64,000 bases of DNA, taken from the human T2T-CHM13v2.0 reference genome, Homo sapiens. The stretch's first letter is position 1; each line of letters starts with the position of its first letter. Below, one piece after another: positions 12,410 to 27,599 of this stretch. The position numbers and the translations under genes were made by a program. The stretch lies in assembly GCF_009914755.1 (NCBI RefSeq), contig NC_060929.1. One strand, written 5' to 3'. The notes under the pieces were generated by a model, which was not told the origin of the DNA, ran no database searches, and was given only the letters and a program-made list of their open reading frames with translations.

Positions 12410-12830
12410 TGCACTGATTGCTAATCACACTGGCCTTCTTCCTTCAAATGCAATGACTTTTCACCTTCCAAGGACCTGTACTTTCTGTTGGCACTAGCCC
12501 CCACGTCTTCCCAAGGAGGTACCCCTCATCATTCAGGCCTGGCGCAAACGTCATCTCTTCCGAGAGGCATTTCCTCGCCTAAAGTCCACAATAAACCCCC
12601 GCTTTTTTTTTTTTTTTTTTTTTTTACTTTCTCCAATGTACTTATCAATATTTGAAGTAATCATAAATGTGCATCTGTTTATTTCTGTTTTCTTCAGTAA
12701 TTGGAAAGTTTTATGAGAGCAGAGATTACAGATGTCTAGTTCATCTGTATCCCCAGCACCTGGAACGTTGCCTGACCATTATAAGCACACAGTAAATATT
12801 TGTTAAATACATGGATAAGTAAACGAATTG
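12410..12830 (+). mobile_element. L2 3' fragment
   Basis: ctgtatccccagcacctggaac...agtaaatatttgttaaatacatggat, the L2 3' end. Confidence 0.7.
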
Positions 12831-13811
12831 CAAGCAACATGGGAAATTATTATTTAGGAGGTCTTCAAACTTTTCAAAGCCGCTATGCCCTTCTTCAATA
12901 GCCACATGAGTAAAATGGATAAAAGCCAAGGGAGGGGTCATTTGGTCTTAGCTTCTCTCCAACCCCTTTGTTTGTGCAGGTGCTGTGTGGCTCAATTTGG
13001 AAACCATGATCTAGCTCAAGTTCATTTATATAGATGATAAAGATGCTGCTGAGGGAGAGTGGGCCACTGTGTTTCCTCTTTTAAGTAGAAATTACACAAC
13101 CTCTATGTCAGCCTCCACCTAGACTTCGTGGTGACTTTTGCCCTCCCCTCAAATTCCATGAATGTTAAGCATTTCTTTTCTCAGTAGTAGAGTCCAAAGC
13201 GCTTGCATTGTGTTGTGCTGTTTCAGTATATTTCTTTGGCACAGTCTCATTTGATGTTCACATCAGCTCTGGCTGAGTTAGTCAGAAAAACCTATCATCG
13301 CCCACATTTTATAGATGAAGAAATTAAAGTTCAGCAAGATGAAGTTACCAATGGGGAAGCCCAGGCCAGGATCAAAATCTTTTGACTCCTTATCTCTAGA
13401 GCGTTTAGGTATATGCATTGATGCCTTTTCATTCATTAGACAATCCTCTTTAAGTACAGAAACCTGTTCTCTTTATACTCATCTTTCTGACCTTTAATAA
13501 GTGGCCTGGTAGCTTTAGTTTTCTTTAGAAAATTAATAATAAAATGGGATGATTTGTTATATTTAGAGCTTGATAATTCAAAGACCTTCTTGGGCGACTC
13601 CTTCAGTTTATGGATGAGGCAATAGATGCCCAGAGAGGCTAAGAGACCCAGTGACACAAAGCAGCTGAAGGGCCAAGTGGGACCTCTTGACCAGCCATTC
13701 TCCGTCATATTTCTTAAGTGAAAAATCCCTTTCTGGATTTAATGGTTCTTTTCAGAGGTAGTTGCCTTGGTTTCTTTAGGGGTTAAATAAGTGGTTCTCA
13801 ACTGAGAGTAG

Positions 13812-14332
<521 letters not shown>

Positions 14333-14387
14333 GATTTTTTTCTTTTCTAAAGTAGAGGTTTCATCTTGTTTAATTATGACAGCATAT

Positions 14388-14761
14388 CAGAGATGGGCAA
14401 ACTGTGATCCAAAGACTGAATCCAGCCCACCACCTTCTTTTGTAGAGCCCATAAGCCAAGCATCATATTTACAAACAAATATCTATAATTGACTTTATAA
14501 GGAATACTAACTTTGAGTACCAATTAAGCTAAATATCAACCTCTCTTAAAAAAAACTTACTCTTCTGATTAGTAGGCTTGCATTTCAGAAAATCATACTC
14601 AAATATTATTAGTTTTTAAATTTTGTCAAAAAATGTATGAAAATTTACTTTCTATCTTGTTGTAGAAGTACCTACATAATGTCATTGATTTTGCCTCTTG
14701 GCCCACAAAGCATAAAATGTTAATGTCTGACCCGTTGCAGGAAAAACTTGCTGACCCTTGC
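14388..14761 (+). mobile_element. hAT-Charlie MITE, MER58-like
   Basis: Imperfect TIRs cagagatgggcaaact ... aacttgctgacccttg. Confidence 0.6.
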
Positions 14762-14959
14762 AATATGTCATTGTCTCTTTTATATTGGGCATTTTCTTTT
14801 TCTTTATTGGGGTACTTTCCCTTTTTGTGATTTACATTATTTAAGGGGTTTCTATGGAAAATATATATTCTCCTTATAACATTCAAATTTCTAGAAGTAT
14901 GTAGAGTAAAAAGTAACAGTTCCCACTCCCCGGTATTAACAGTCAACAGTTTTTGATGT

Positions 14960-15150
14960 AAAGGTCCTGACTTTGCCACTAACTAGCTGTGAGACATTAG
15001 TTAACCCCTCTAGGCTTCATATTCTCCATCTGTGAAACAGTGATAATAACAGCTCCTGCCCAACAGAATTGTCATGTTGATGATTTCAGATCATTCATGT
15101 GAAATGCTTAGCACATTGCCTGGTGCGCAGTTCATGCTTAATGATTTGTA
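14960..15150 (+). mobile_element. MIR
   Basis: gccactaactagctgtgagac...catctgtgaaacagtgataataac...gcttagcacattgcctgg. Confidence 0.75.
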
Positions 15151-15458
15151 ACTAATTTTAATTTTTTTCTCTTTTCTATTTATGTACGCATATACATTTA
15201 CTTGCTTTCTTAAAAAGAGGGAATTTTTTTTTACACAATAAAGTTGCACAGATGATTCTGATGCACACACACTTAAGAACAGCTAAAGTAAATACTGAGA
15301 AGTAGATAATTATTGAATGGGTTCATGTTTGGGAGCCAGAAATTACCTTCCACTTCATGGTGCAAACTAGGGAAAATGAGGAAGATAATGGTTTTCTACA
15401 GTGAACCTATAGGGTGGCATAAAATGCACATAAGTGAATTTTTATTTTTATTTTCCAG

Positions 15459-15495
15459 GTCTACAACTCGAACAAAGACAGCCAGAGTGAAGGGA
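15459..15495 (+). CDS. ARHGAP26: ARHGAP26 internal coding exon, 37 nt (exon 12 by recalled numbering), VYNSNKDSQSEG(T), PH-GAP linker
   Basis: Acceptor ttttattttccAG, donor GGA|GTAAGT; phase 0 to phase 1; joins the next exon as A+CT=Thr; peptide matches GRAF1 as I recall it. Confidence 0.95.
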
Positions 15496-17803
15496 GTAAG
15501 TACGATGCTTGGGTAACCTTCTACAGCCAGGGTTGGGAGTAGGCTTTGAGAAGTTGCTACTCCAGGTGTGAACCACCAGGCGGTGCTGTGGGCGTGTTGG
15601 GTTGGCTCCAGTTCCCGAGTGCAGTGGGACATGCCTCCACCCCAACTTTCCGCCAGTGACTCCAGAGGGACGGTAAGTGAGCCTGGCTGGCAAGGCTGTA
15701 GTGTAGTGACACCTTGCATTGAAATAATGGGTCACACTTTACAAAGCATTCTCGTGTACATTATCTCCTTTAATCGTAGGTCTTAAGACTATAGCTCGTC
15801 ACCACTTAAAAGTTACTTAATACAACAATACTCAACTCCTGGAGAGCCTTATCCTGTGGGAAAGCCAAAGTTGCTGTTGCCTCCAGCACGGTCTCGCTCA
15901 AAGGACTGGAGAGGCAATAACTATGTTAGGTGATTTCTTAGTAACTGTTTTCTTTGTGGTCTCTTGTGGGAGGAAAGAATGGAGATGAATTCTATGGTAA
16001 TATTCCTCTCTAATGGAAGTGTCCCTGGGCAGCCTCTGTAGACTGTAGTGCATTTGCCCTGCTGCTGCCTGTAAGCACTCTGGTTAATCATGATTTCCAA
16101 GGGTACCTGTAACCTTGTAAAGGCAATGGGATTAAAATGAACCTGCAACTGGTAGAATGTTTGGGCTGATTATCTCCTTGGTGTATAGGAGAAAAAACAA
16201 AATCCTTCCAGGTTGCTGCAAGAGTACAAAGGAAATCCTGTCACCTTGCTTTGTAAAATCCACTTGAGAAAAAATTTAAAGGTTGCCCTACTGTGAATTC
16301 CAGTTGTGTTAGGAAAATCAGTAGAACAGTGCCTCTCCATGTGGACCAAAGGATGAAGTTGTTTTTTTGTGAAAGCCATTACAGGACAGAGATTTTTCCC
16401 CCCCTTTCTTTCTCTTCAAAATATAATTTTTTACCCAGGAGTTTTGTATGAAATATTAAATAATTTGGAATGCCTGCTGTGGGTAGGTTGAGAGGCCTTT
16501 ATGAGATGAAAAAAAAATGTTCCCCTCCACCTCCAAAAAAAATAAAATGAGCAAGGGAAAAATTTCAAGTAAATATGCAAGGAAACAAAGAAGTAATTCC
16601 ACCCTACCCCACCCTTAATTAGGTAAGATTGTTTTAGAACACTTGAAGTCAACTCTGACTAACTGAGGCAAAAACAACAGTAACAATAATGAAGGAATAT
16701 GTAAGGCTGTATGGTAGCTCATAGTAAGGTCAGAGGAGCTGAAAAGCTAGGCTTGAGAATAGACGAGTTCTGGAGACCTAGGAACCCGGTGAGAAAGGGT
16801 CTTCTGGATAATACGACAAAGCTCTAAACTGTTTGTAGTCCTTGCCTCACCTTTCTGAACATTGAGATTTCCAGGCAACAAGTTGGTCTAATTTGGGTCC
16901 ACCCAGGGAAAAACTGTACATTTTGATTGAGAGTTTCAAGACTGCTGCAAAAAATGGGAACAGAGTAGTTTCCCAGAGGGAAATCAGGGAAGCCATCAGG
17001 ACCAGAGGGGATGGATGCCAAGCAGGCTACACTAACAGATACTCACACCTGGCCCTGCCTGGGACACATTGCCTCCATAATAAAGGACCCAAGAGTGGTG
17101 GGGTGGGGGAGGAGAGGCACGTGAATGGAGACCTCCCCCTACACCAGCCAGAAGTTTACTTTTAACTTGTGACCTTATGAACCTACATCTCTCTACTTGG
17201 GATAAATCCCAATAGATTTGAAGGACAACCATGGTTCTAGTGGTGGGCATCCCAACTGGTTCTGACATTTCTTAAGGCATTTCGAGGATATGCTTTGGAA
17301 TCCTTAAAAAAGTGACCACCCTCTAACTCCCCAATGGCTTATCCTAAAGAAATCATTAGAGTGCAAAGATAGTTTGTACAACAAATAAATTTGTTGGGGC
17401 GTTGGTGATAATAGCAAAGAATGAGAGACAATCTAAATACCAAATAGGGAGTTGGCTAAATAAATTAAGGAGTAATACACAGCCTTTAGAAAGAACCAGA
17501 GAGGGCTGGATCTATTTGCAGAAATTGTGCTGATAGTTTGTTAATGATTGAAATTTTAAAAAAATTAGGCTATAGAACAACATACATAATAACATGCATT
17601 ACTTGACCTCCCTCAAGAAAAGAATAAGACAAACAGTTTTATTTTGGAAAATATAAGCAGTTGTGACATTTTGCTTTTTGCACCTCATTATTCACAGAGC
17701 AAAGAGAGTTGCTTGCCTTGGGTGTCTAATGATTCTTCAGTCATTACCCTTTCATCTAGCACACAGGAGGTAAAAAGATGGGTTAAAAAAATTGGTCACT
17801 TTT

Positions 17804-18125
<322 letters not shown>

Positions 18126-18949
18126 TTAAATAGGAATTGTTTTTTTAGGGTATTGATTGATTTCTAAGCTGGCAAACCAGTGTGATGGTCTGGTTTAGTG
18201 CTTCCTCACCCTTTTTTGAGTTTGGACCCTTTCCCACATGGTACAGGTTCTTAGCTTCCCCTCCTTGGTGGGGTTGTTTTACTGTATCTCTTGATTGCAG
18301 TAATTTACAATTTAATGCAAACCCCCCATAAGGCTCATCTACCACAGGTGGCGCTAATGCTCTGGGTCTTGATTGTTCTGCAACACTCCTTCTGTTTATG
18401 ACACAATCTAAACTCTTTTAAAGATATGAAGCCAATCTGATATGAATTTAAGAGTGAGACACTGCTCTTCTTAACCAGATTCCAAATGTCTAGAGTCCAA
18501 ATTCCAAATGTCCGGCATTTTCTTTTCTAGGAAATGTTTTGGTGGGAATTTCAATGCAAACATTTTATCAGAGAGCCAGAATGTTCTGAAGGAGCAGTTA
18601 ACAAAAGGGAATTTCTGAATTCGTTTGCTTTCATCTCGAAGTTTCTCTCAGGGCATACGGTGCCTGTGGAGTATAAGACAGGGCCATAAGTAATGTCTGT
18701 CAGCTGCTGGTATTTTCCAAATGACCCAGTTGCCAGGGAGAGGATGGCAGCTGATAAATATATGTACATTTCTTTGCAGAGCCTTTTCTTCTCCTCTTCT
18801 CTATGCTCTGTTTGGATCTCAGGTTTAGAGAGATGAATTCATCACACTCCCCTGTTCATGGCACATTATCAGCACAGGTTTCTTGATTCATTCATTCTTT
18901 CGTTTCATTTTATTTATTCATCCATTCCCTTTTAGTTCTTTTTTCTAAA

Positions 18950-20470
18950 ATGTGTGTCTTTTATCTTCCTGTGTTCTTGATAAATGGTGTGTGTTAATAA
19001 ATGGTTCTGGGTCTTGTTTTATTTCTTACTTTGTGCCCTCATCATTGTGTCAGGAGCCATTCGTATTCCTCTGTGTCCTTTTATGCTGTGGCTTCTGATT
19101 ACTGCATAATTTGTGGTACACAGCACTTTGTATCTGTTTTTGTAGAGATGTACTCCATCTTCTCATGCCTCCAACTCCTCATCAGTACTCACACCACCAC
19201 AATGGACATCTTTGTACATATCTTCCTGTGTGAGAATTCCTCTGGGATACACCCACCCAAAGCATTGCTGGCCAAAGGCTATGCATATACTTAGTTTAAG
19301 CACTCTCTTGTATTGTTCTCCAGAGTGGTCGATCCGCAGTCCCACCAACCCTACATGCAAATTTCTCCATTCCTGCCAACTCTCACCAGTATTCAGCTCT
19401 CTAATTTTTTGCCAGTCTGATAGGTGTAAAATGATAGTTCATTGTTGTTTTAATTTGCATTTCTCTGGTAATTAATGAATTTGAGCATCTATTCATAGGC
19501 CTGTTAGTTTACTGGGTTTCCTCTTCTGTTAATTGCCTATTCATGTCCTTTGCCCATTTTTCTATTTCAGTTACCATCTTTTCTTTTTGATATGTAAAAA
19601 GTTCCTACTGATTCTAGATACTAATCCCTTGTTAGATTTAGCCAGTTTAAATATGTTCTCATCTTGTCATCTGTCTGTTAATACGTGGTATCCTTCTTTG
19701 ACTATAAATCCTTCAAAGCCCTTTTATATATTCAAATCATCTCTTTTTTGCTTTCTGGTTTATGATTTTCAAGTTGTGTTTTGGAGAAGGCCTTTATGAC
19801 CCATGTCACAAAGATGTGTACCTATGTTTTCTTTTATTGGCTTTATGAGTGTGTCTTGCACATTTAAGTTTCTAATCTAGCTGATTTCCACCACTGTATG
19901 AGATGTTCCATGAAGATCCATTCTTATTTTTATCCTTGGGAAGAGTTAGTTTTCCTATCAACATCTACTAAGCTATCCATTCTTCCCTCGATTGATTTGT
20001 AGTGCCAGTGTTCTTGCATTTTAGGTTTGCATATTTTAGTTCTGTCTCTGAGCCCTTTATTCAGGTTTTTTGTGTAGCTGTTTTTGTCCCAATACCTCTC
20101 TGTTTTTAATAATAACTTTGAGGCAACTCTTAATATCTAGTTATATAAGTCTCCTCTATTTATTCTCCCTTTTGAGGTTTGACTTGGGTATTTATGAGTC
20201 TTTATCCTTCTGTATAAATTCTATAATAAGTTTAAGAAGTTTCCCCTAAAATAAAATTTTTCTTTGCGAGTGCATTGAATCATACAGGTTATTTGGAGAA
20301 AGTTGACACCTTTGTAATATTAAGTCATGTCTTCCAAGGGTTTTGAATGTCTTTCCATTTATTCAGACCACCAGTGTTTTTTATTAGGATTTTATTTTTC
20401 TGCCTAGAGATCGTGTGTGCTCCTGGTCAAGTTAATCCCTAAATACTAAATTTAAAAACCAATATTTTAT
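18950..20470 (-). mobile_element. Old antisense L1M remnant
   Basis: T-rich antisense L1 text (ttttaatttgcatttctctgg...tattcatgtcctttgcccattt). Confidence 0.75.
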
Positions 20471-21544
20471 TTTGCCAGCCCTGCTACCCATGGGGACCCT
20501 TCCTGGATTTGCTTCTAGAATGTCAGGAATCTATATCAGTGACACCAGATTCTCTAATTTGTCAAACTCTTACCTAGTAGAGAAGGGAAGGGGAAAAAGG
20601 GAGTATTGGTAATAAAGAAGAAGAAAGTATGATATTGTTTCTTCTTAAGCTTTTTTTTTTGAGGAAGTGGTCACTGCCAGTGTCAGTCACCTAGTTATCT
20701 GATACTTGTCATTGATTCGTCCCTTTCATTATTACAAAGAACAAGACTTCCCTGGGCAAGAACCATTTCTCCCATCTCACCCGCTGCAGCCCCGTTTGCT
20801 GTATCTCTCGATGTCTTTTTGTCTTTTTGCTGTTCCCTACCTTTGGGTACAAGGTAGGGAATATCTTTAGGGAGTTATAAAATTTACTCCCCAAAGACTA
20901 TGAGAATTGGTTCATTTTTCTTTGTAATGAGTCCAGGTTGGAAGCAGGATGAGAGGCCTGTTCTCAGCTCAGGCTGCTATTGTCCTGCCGTCCCACCTGA
21001 GGGAAGGTTAGAAAGCCGAGAACTTGTCAGAGAGAACACACCAGTCCAGTGCAAGGGAGTAAGAGAAGGGCAGGCTCTTACAGTGTGAGTTGGTCTTTTC
21101 CAAGTTTGACGTTTTAAATAACAAATGTCACTGCCTACTTAACTCTAAAAAGATTAGCTTGTTTACAAGAATGCTGCCCTCCCACTGTTTCTCCAGCTGC
21201 TTGAAGGCTGAAGTCTGACAGATTGAGGCAGAGAGGGCTCAGTCTCCTAATCTTGACTTTATAGTGCCACTTTCCTCAATGTGGGTATTAACTCAGATTC
21301 CATAGGTTAATCGGGTTATGTTGAAAGGAATATGCTGAAGTTGCTGCAGGCATGCCTTCTCATGCATGTCAGGACCTGGCTTAACACTGGCCATCTGGCT
21401 TTTCAGAATGCCATTTTGTAGTTCACTCCACTTCTCACTCTTGTTCAACATTTTCCTGTTACTCCCACCTGGATCTTGTGCCGGATGAAACTGCAGGAGT
21501 CCAGGCTTCCTGTAGCTCTTCCTTCAGTGAATGCCTCTAGAAGT

Positions 21545-21627
21545 TCTTGGACTCCTGGCCTCACGTGATCCTTCCATCTTGGCCTCCCAAAGTGCTGGGA
21601 TTATAGGCATGAGCCACCACGCCCAGC
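21545..21627 (-). mobile_element. Short Alu left-arm fragment
   Basis: ggcctcccaaagtgctgggattataggcatgagccaccacgcccagcc. Confidence 0.85.
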
Positions 21628-22002
21628 CTTCTGGGAGTTCTTAAGGGCAGGTGGCACTGAGATATATGAGTACCGAGAGGTAAGGACACTCATAACTAGA
21701 ACACACATCTGTCTCTACCTTTAAAGCTCATGTGATCTGCTGTGGAGGTTCAGACCACAGGGGAACAATAGACAGATGGCCCAATTACATCGTGTGGGTG
21801 TATGTCATATTCAAACCATCTACAGAAGTACCCAGGGTGCAGACTACATGCCCAGAGCTCATGGATTTGAGAGTGAGCTACACTTGAAAAATGGAAATTT
21901 CCTCCCTTCTCTCCTCCCCAGAAGAAGAAAAAATATAACACTTCCTCCTCTTTGCATCCAAGTCCTAGTCCTTTCTTTCCTTGTGGTTTGTTTTTAATCT
22001 AG

Positions 22003-22317
<315 letters not shown>

Positions 22318-23445
22318 TAATCTAGTGCTTTTATAAGAATCCTTTATATTTGAATAAAAATGCTGAAGAACCCACTGCAGTTTGCCAATTTGTCATTCAC
22401 ACTGGGAGGTGGGGAGAAGAGCAGTGATTGAAGAAGGAAATATGAACTCATTGTAGAATATTACAGAAATACAGCAAAATGATTTTGAAACATTCAGTCA
22501 AAAATCATTGGTAATATTATTCCCAGAGATACTTCCTTCTTGCCTTTTTTAAATGATGTCTTGTATGTATTTTGTCAATGTCAGTATGAATTTTAATTTA
22601 ACTGGCATTATGTTGAATATGCTTGTTGTATTCTGCTTTAAAAATTACAGACATTTTCTGATGTCATGAAATGTTTAGAAGTATCACCTGTCATGGTTGT
22701 TTAATATTCTGTCATTGGACTATATCTTAATTTGTTGAATCATTTATCATTGTTAGACTAATGCTCTTTCCAGGTTTTTGGTATTACAAATAACATTGGC
22801 CTATGTTATTCATAATAGCTTCAAAAGTTATTAATTTCATCAGTTATTGGCCTTGTACATCAGCCTTTGTACGTATCTCAGATCATTCTCTTTGGGTAGA
22901 TTCCGCCACGTGGATTAGAGAGAGGGTTTGCATGGAGGAGTAATGTGTGGCTGGTGTAGAATAGCATCCTGGGTGTAGAACTTTGGACAGGTGGTGCGCC
23001 TCTCTAAGCTTCCATTTCCTCTTCTGTAAAATGGGGATAATAATACCCCTGCTTCATAAACTCATTGTAAGAATGAAAGTTCAGCACATTAGTATCTGCA
23101 CATTAGTTGGTAAGTGCCTAATTACTCTTGGTTATTACTCTTATCATCTGGCCAGGCCAGTTACTCCCACAACAAAAGGAAAAACCCACTGGAAAGGAAA
23201 AGCCAGCTGGATTGGTAACACTGCTCTTGAAGGGAGGAAGACAACCTGCTACTGTTTCTCAGTCTTGGTGCTTTATGAGTGTTCATTCATTTAATCCTCG
23301 TTACTGTATTTCTCAAAGTGGGGTGTGCACACCACTGGTGGTACACTAGGTCATTTGAGAGAGTATATTTTAAATTACCATCTAGACTTCTGTATTTATT
23401 TTGATGTGTATTGTGGGGGAACATAAGTTCTCTGAAATCCCCTGA

Positions 23446-23758
<313 letters not shown>

Positions 23759-23785
23759 TGATTTTACAAATGTTATTGCTTAGCA

Positions 23786-23985
23786 CAGGGGTCCACTTTT
23801 TTTAGTAAAGGGCCAGATAGTAAATATTTTTATTTTTATAGGAGTATTCAACTCCGCTATGGTAGTGTGAAAGCAGTCACAGACAATATGGAAATGAGCA
23901 GGTGTGGGTGTTTTCCAGTAAAACTTTGTTCTACAAAACAGGCAATGGTGAATTTGGCCCAGGGACTGTAGTTTATTAACCCTTG
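23786..23985 (-). mobile_element. MER58A-like hAT MITE
   Basis: cagggg...aacccttg ends; 8-bp TSD gcttagca/gcttaaca; gtaaagggccagatagtaaatattt core. Confidence 0.75.
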
Positions 23986-25979
23986 GCTTAACACAAGGCT
24001 AAGTTTTTAAAATTAGTCTAAATGGGATGGCATGAGGTTTTGAGAGGGAGCATGAAAGTGTCACACGATGGGCTGCCATTTGTACAAATGCTGTTCACAG
24101 CAACTGAGTTTCCAAAGGAGCTCACAGGCTTAAAGAGGTCAAGGGAGCACAGTTGAGAAGTAGTGAAGCTCATACTCAAACCCTAGCCTGCCTCATTGCC
24201 AGGGTCATTTTTTTCCTGCAACACTTCATATGCTTGAAATCTTTGATCCATTCTGCCATCCTGTTCATATGTGGTCCACCCATGGGGGCTGGAAGGAATT
24301 TCATCATCAGACTCCAACATCTAACCCCTCTAGTTCTTTGTGGCTGAGGGGCCATCCCATATTCCTTCTTAGTGCACCACCTCATTAGAGCCCTCAGTGG
24401 TTCCTCAAACACCTGTGCACAGTGCTGGGTGCACAAGGGTCACGCATTTCACTGACTGGCTTCCCCAGGGTCAGACCCTTAGCGTGGCCCACCACTCTCC
24501 CACAGGGATTTGGCAACACAACATAATGCTTTATATGTTGTTTCTGTACATCCACTCATCCTTCTTTAGGCCGTCATTCAGAGCAAACTCCCTGATGGCG
24601 TTTTATTCAGGTTTGCCTTGTTTTATGAGGACAAGATTGAGGACCAGGAGAGGAGATGGGGAGGGACATCATTACCATTGCTCTGTTTCCTATTGTTGTG
24701 CCTCTGACTGTACATTTCCTTCATCTCTGTTCCTCAGCCTCCCTTGATCTGTAAAACAGAAAAGGAGATTTAGGCTTGAAAACTGTAGGGAAAGCCTTGA
24801 TGGGATCGCCTGGGCCACTATTTTTAAAAGACATCTAAAGCCTTCAGCCATTACCAAAAATCCACCGTCTCATGAAAGCAGCAGAGGGCAGAAAAGAGGA
24901 TTTGTTTTTCTTTTGCTTCTAGTCACCTTTGGCCTTTTGCTGTTAGAACACCCACAGTTGAGAGGCAGGAGGAGGCAGCCACCGGTAACCAGGATCCTTT
25001 TGGGATCAGAGCCATCCAGAGGCTGCCAGGCCTCTGCTGGTCGGTGGCTTATAAATAGAACATTTCCCCTTTTAAACCTGAGAAGGGTGGAAGGCATTAA
25101 TGGGCACAGTGGCCTGGCCGCCTATGCACTGGCCCACGAGGCAGTCAGCTGAGTGCAGCATCCCCTCCAGCTTTCTCTCCAGGCCTGCCAGGTCTGAGCT
25201 GATAGAGGACAGACACTCTGCCTCCCTCCCTTGCCTGCGTTCCTTCCTGCCCTCCTCCCCACACCCTTTTTCTTTCCCCTTTCTCCTCTCTCCTGTGCAT
25301 GCAGTTTCCGTGGCCACCACTTTCATCTTCTGAGCCGCAGTCAGGCGAGGTGGTATAATTCTAGCTCTCCCTAGGTGCTGACTTTCTACACCTCACTTTT
25401 CATTATGAGTTGCCTGTGCAACACAGTTGCTGTGGTGCATTGAGCTTGAATTACATTTAGTTGAGCTGTAATACCCCAGCTCTAGAATAGCCCTGGCTCG
25501 GAGGGCAGGGGGCTGGAGAGAGAAGAAGGGGCAGGAACAGCTTGTTTTTGCAGATATTTTATTATTTGAGTTCCCAGCTATTTTGTTTGATGAGACCCTG
25601 GCCCCCAAAGCTATGACTGGTGGTGGTACTCCTTGGACTTGCATGGATAATCAGAAGCCTTTCTGCTTGTCCTAAAAGACACTTGACAAATCTACCCTCT
25701 CTCTCAGCTAGCTTTAGACTGGCAGATGCAGCCAGTGTATGCCTCTGCCATGGCCTAATATTCCCCTTTCCCTCAGTGATGTGGGCTCTGTACTGACAGC
25801 AGGCTGCAGCCTGAGCAGGTGTGAGCCACCCGTTGCCATCCCAGTTTGGGCTTCAGCCAAGAGACAGTGAGCAGGTCCCTGGCTACATCTTTAACCCCTA
25901 AAGCCCAGTGCAAGGGGTTATTGAGACAGAGACTAAAATATTTCCCCCACTGCCACCGAGTACAGGCTTCCAGTTATTG

Positions 25980-26700
25980 TGGTTAATGTTTATTGAGTAC
26001 ATACTGGGGAGTGGGCAACATGTTCACTGCTTGATATACGTTATGTCATTTGATCCTCCTAAGAACCCTATGAGCTAGATACTATTATTGACCCCATTTA
26101 CAGATGTGAAAACTGAGACTTCATTCTGAGGGCAAACTTGGTCACTCCCTGCACTGATCAGAGTTGTCAGAGCCTGCAGCTCACAATCGGCATGTAAGAT
26201 TGAGCAGAGGGTAGAGTAGTGCTTAGAAGTGTTAGCTCTGGAGTATTCCACACGTGGTTTGAAATCCCAGCCTCAAGAATTACTGAGTGTGTGATTTTGA
26301 GAAATTAATTTCTCCAAGCCTCAGTTTCTTTGTCTGAAGGTGGGAATAGTTTTAATAATTAAATCTTTGGTTTTTTTGGAAGAATAAATGAGATTAGGAT
26401 GGACATCCTTTGCTCAATGGTGCCTGGTATTATCGGCAATGATTAAATGTTGCGCTTTATTCTTATTACCAATAATGTCATCATTATCCAAAGCCAGAGC
26501 CCGTTTATATAAAAACGTGGCACTGTACAGTCTCTTTAAAGTTCCTCCGGGCATTGCCTTATTTGATTTTCACAACACCTGCATCTTATATGTGAGGGGA
26601 ATGGGTCAGAGAGGTGAAGTATGCCCAGCTTACACAAGCAGTTTGTGGAGACACCAGGGCTCAAATCTTAGGCCTTTGATTCTGAATGCCCTCTCTTTCC
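25980..26700. mobile_element. Cluster of three MIR fragments (-, +, -)
   Basis: cccatttacagatgtgaaaactgag; agcctcagtttctttgtctg; cagagaggtgaagtatgcccagc. Confidence 0.7.
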
Positions 26701-27599
26701 CTGCCCTTCGCTGCCTCAGAGTTTGTTGTGACCAACAAATTGTTCTTAAAGCATTTCGAGGTAAGAAGACAGATAGGTAAAGGCAGGAAAGTGACCTTGA
26801 TGGGCAGAGGCAGTTGGTTCTCTGTTTGAAACACCTCCACCCTCAGAAAGCTGATGATGATCTCTTTCGGTTGAGAAATCAGTGCAAAACCACCGGGCCT
26901 TAAGGCAGAAGGGAATTGAGGCCACTGTGTAATTCATTCTCAGAATGTCCAGATCCCCATGTAGGAGACAAATGGTCCTGATTAAGCTGGTCAGTGTTAC
27001 TGCAGTGTGCATTAAGCCTTGCTCTTTTGCTGCTATTCTGATTTGGAATTTTAAGGTGGACTAGGAGATTGCAGAAGTAGAAACCCACAAAGAAACACTC
27101 CTTCCATCCCAGGCAGATGTATAGTCCTCAGCCTGTGCTGTGCAAGAACCTACGTGCTGTCACCCTGGATGCCTGTCTTTTGCCAAGAATTGGAACACTC
27201 TTTAGAACCTCCCCTGACTGTGGCTGAGAGCTGGTAGGTTTATTCCCATCCAGGCAGATTTTTGTTTCTGTTCCTGCTACCTATTTTACTTTACTCTATG
27301 TCTCTTTCAGCTTATTTTTCTGTGTGTTTGTTTTCAAGAAACAATGAAAAAAAAATAGATGCCTTTGTATCTGGTAGGCTAGGGAAGAAAAGTCTGACTA
27401 GCAGTATTCTTGCTTTGAGGTCAGGGTATGAATGAGATCTCTGTCAAACCTGTTTGTCTCATGCTTCCCACTGCAGGGGCCTGAACTCTAGAAGGTACCA
27501 ATATATGCAGCCACCTGTCACTATTCAAGGCTCCTGGAATGTGGAGACTTTTGGCCTGTCGGCTCCTTGTGTTCTCAGCTGGTGAAAACATGGATTGTA

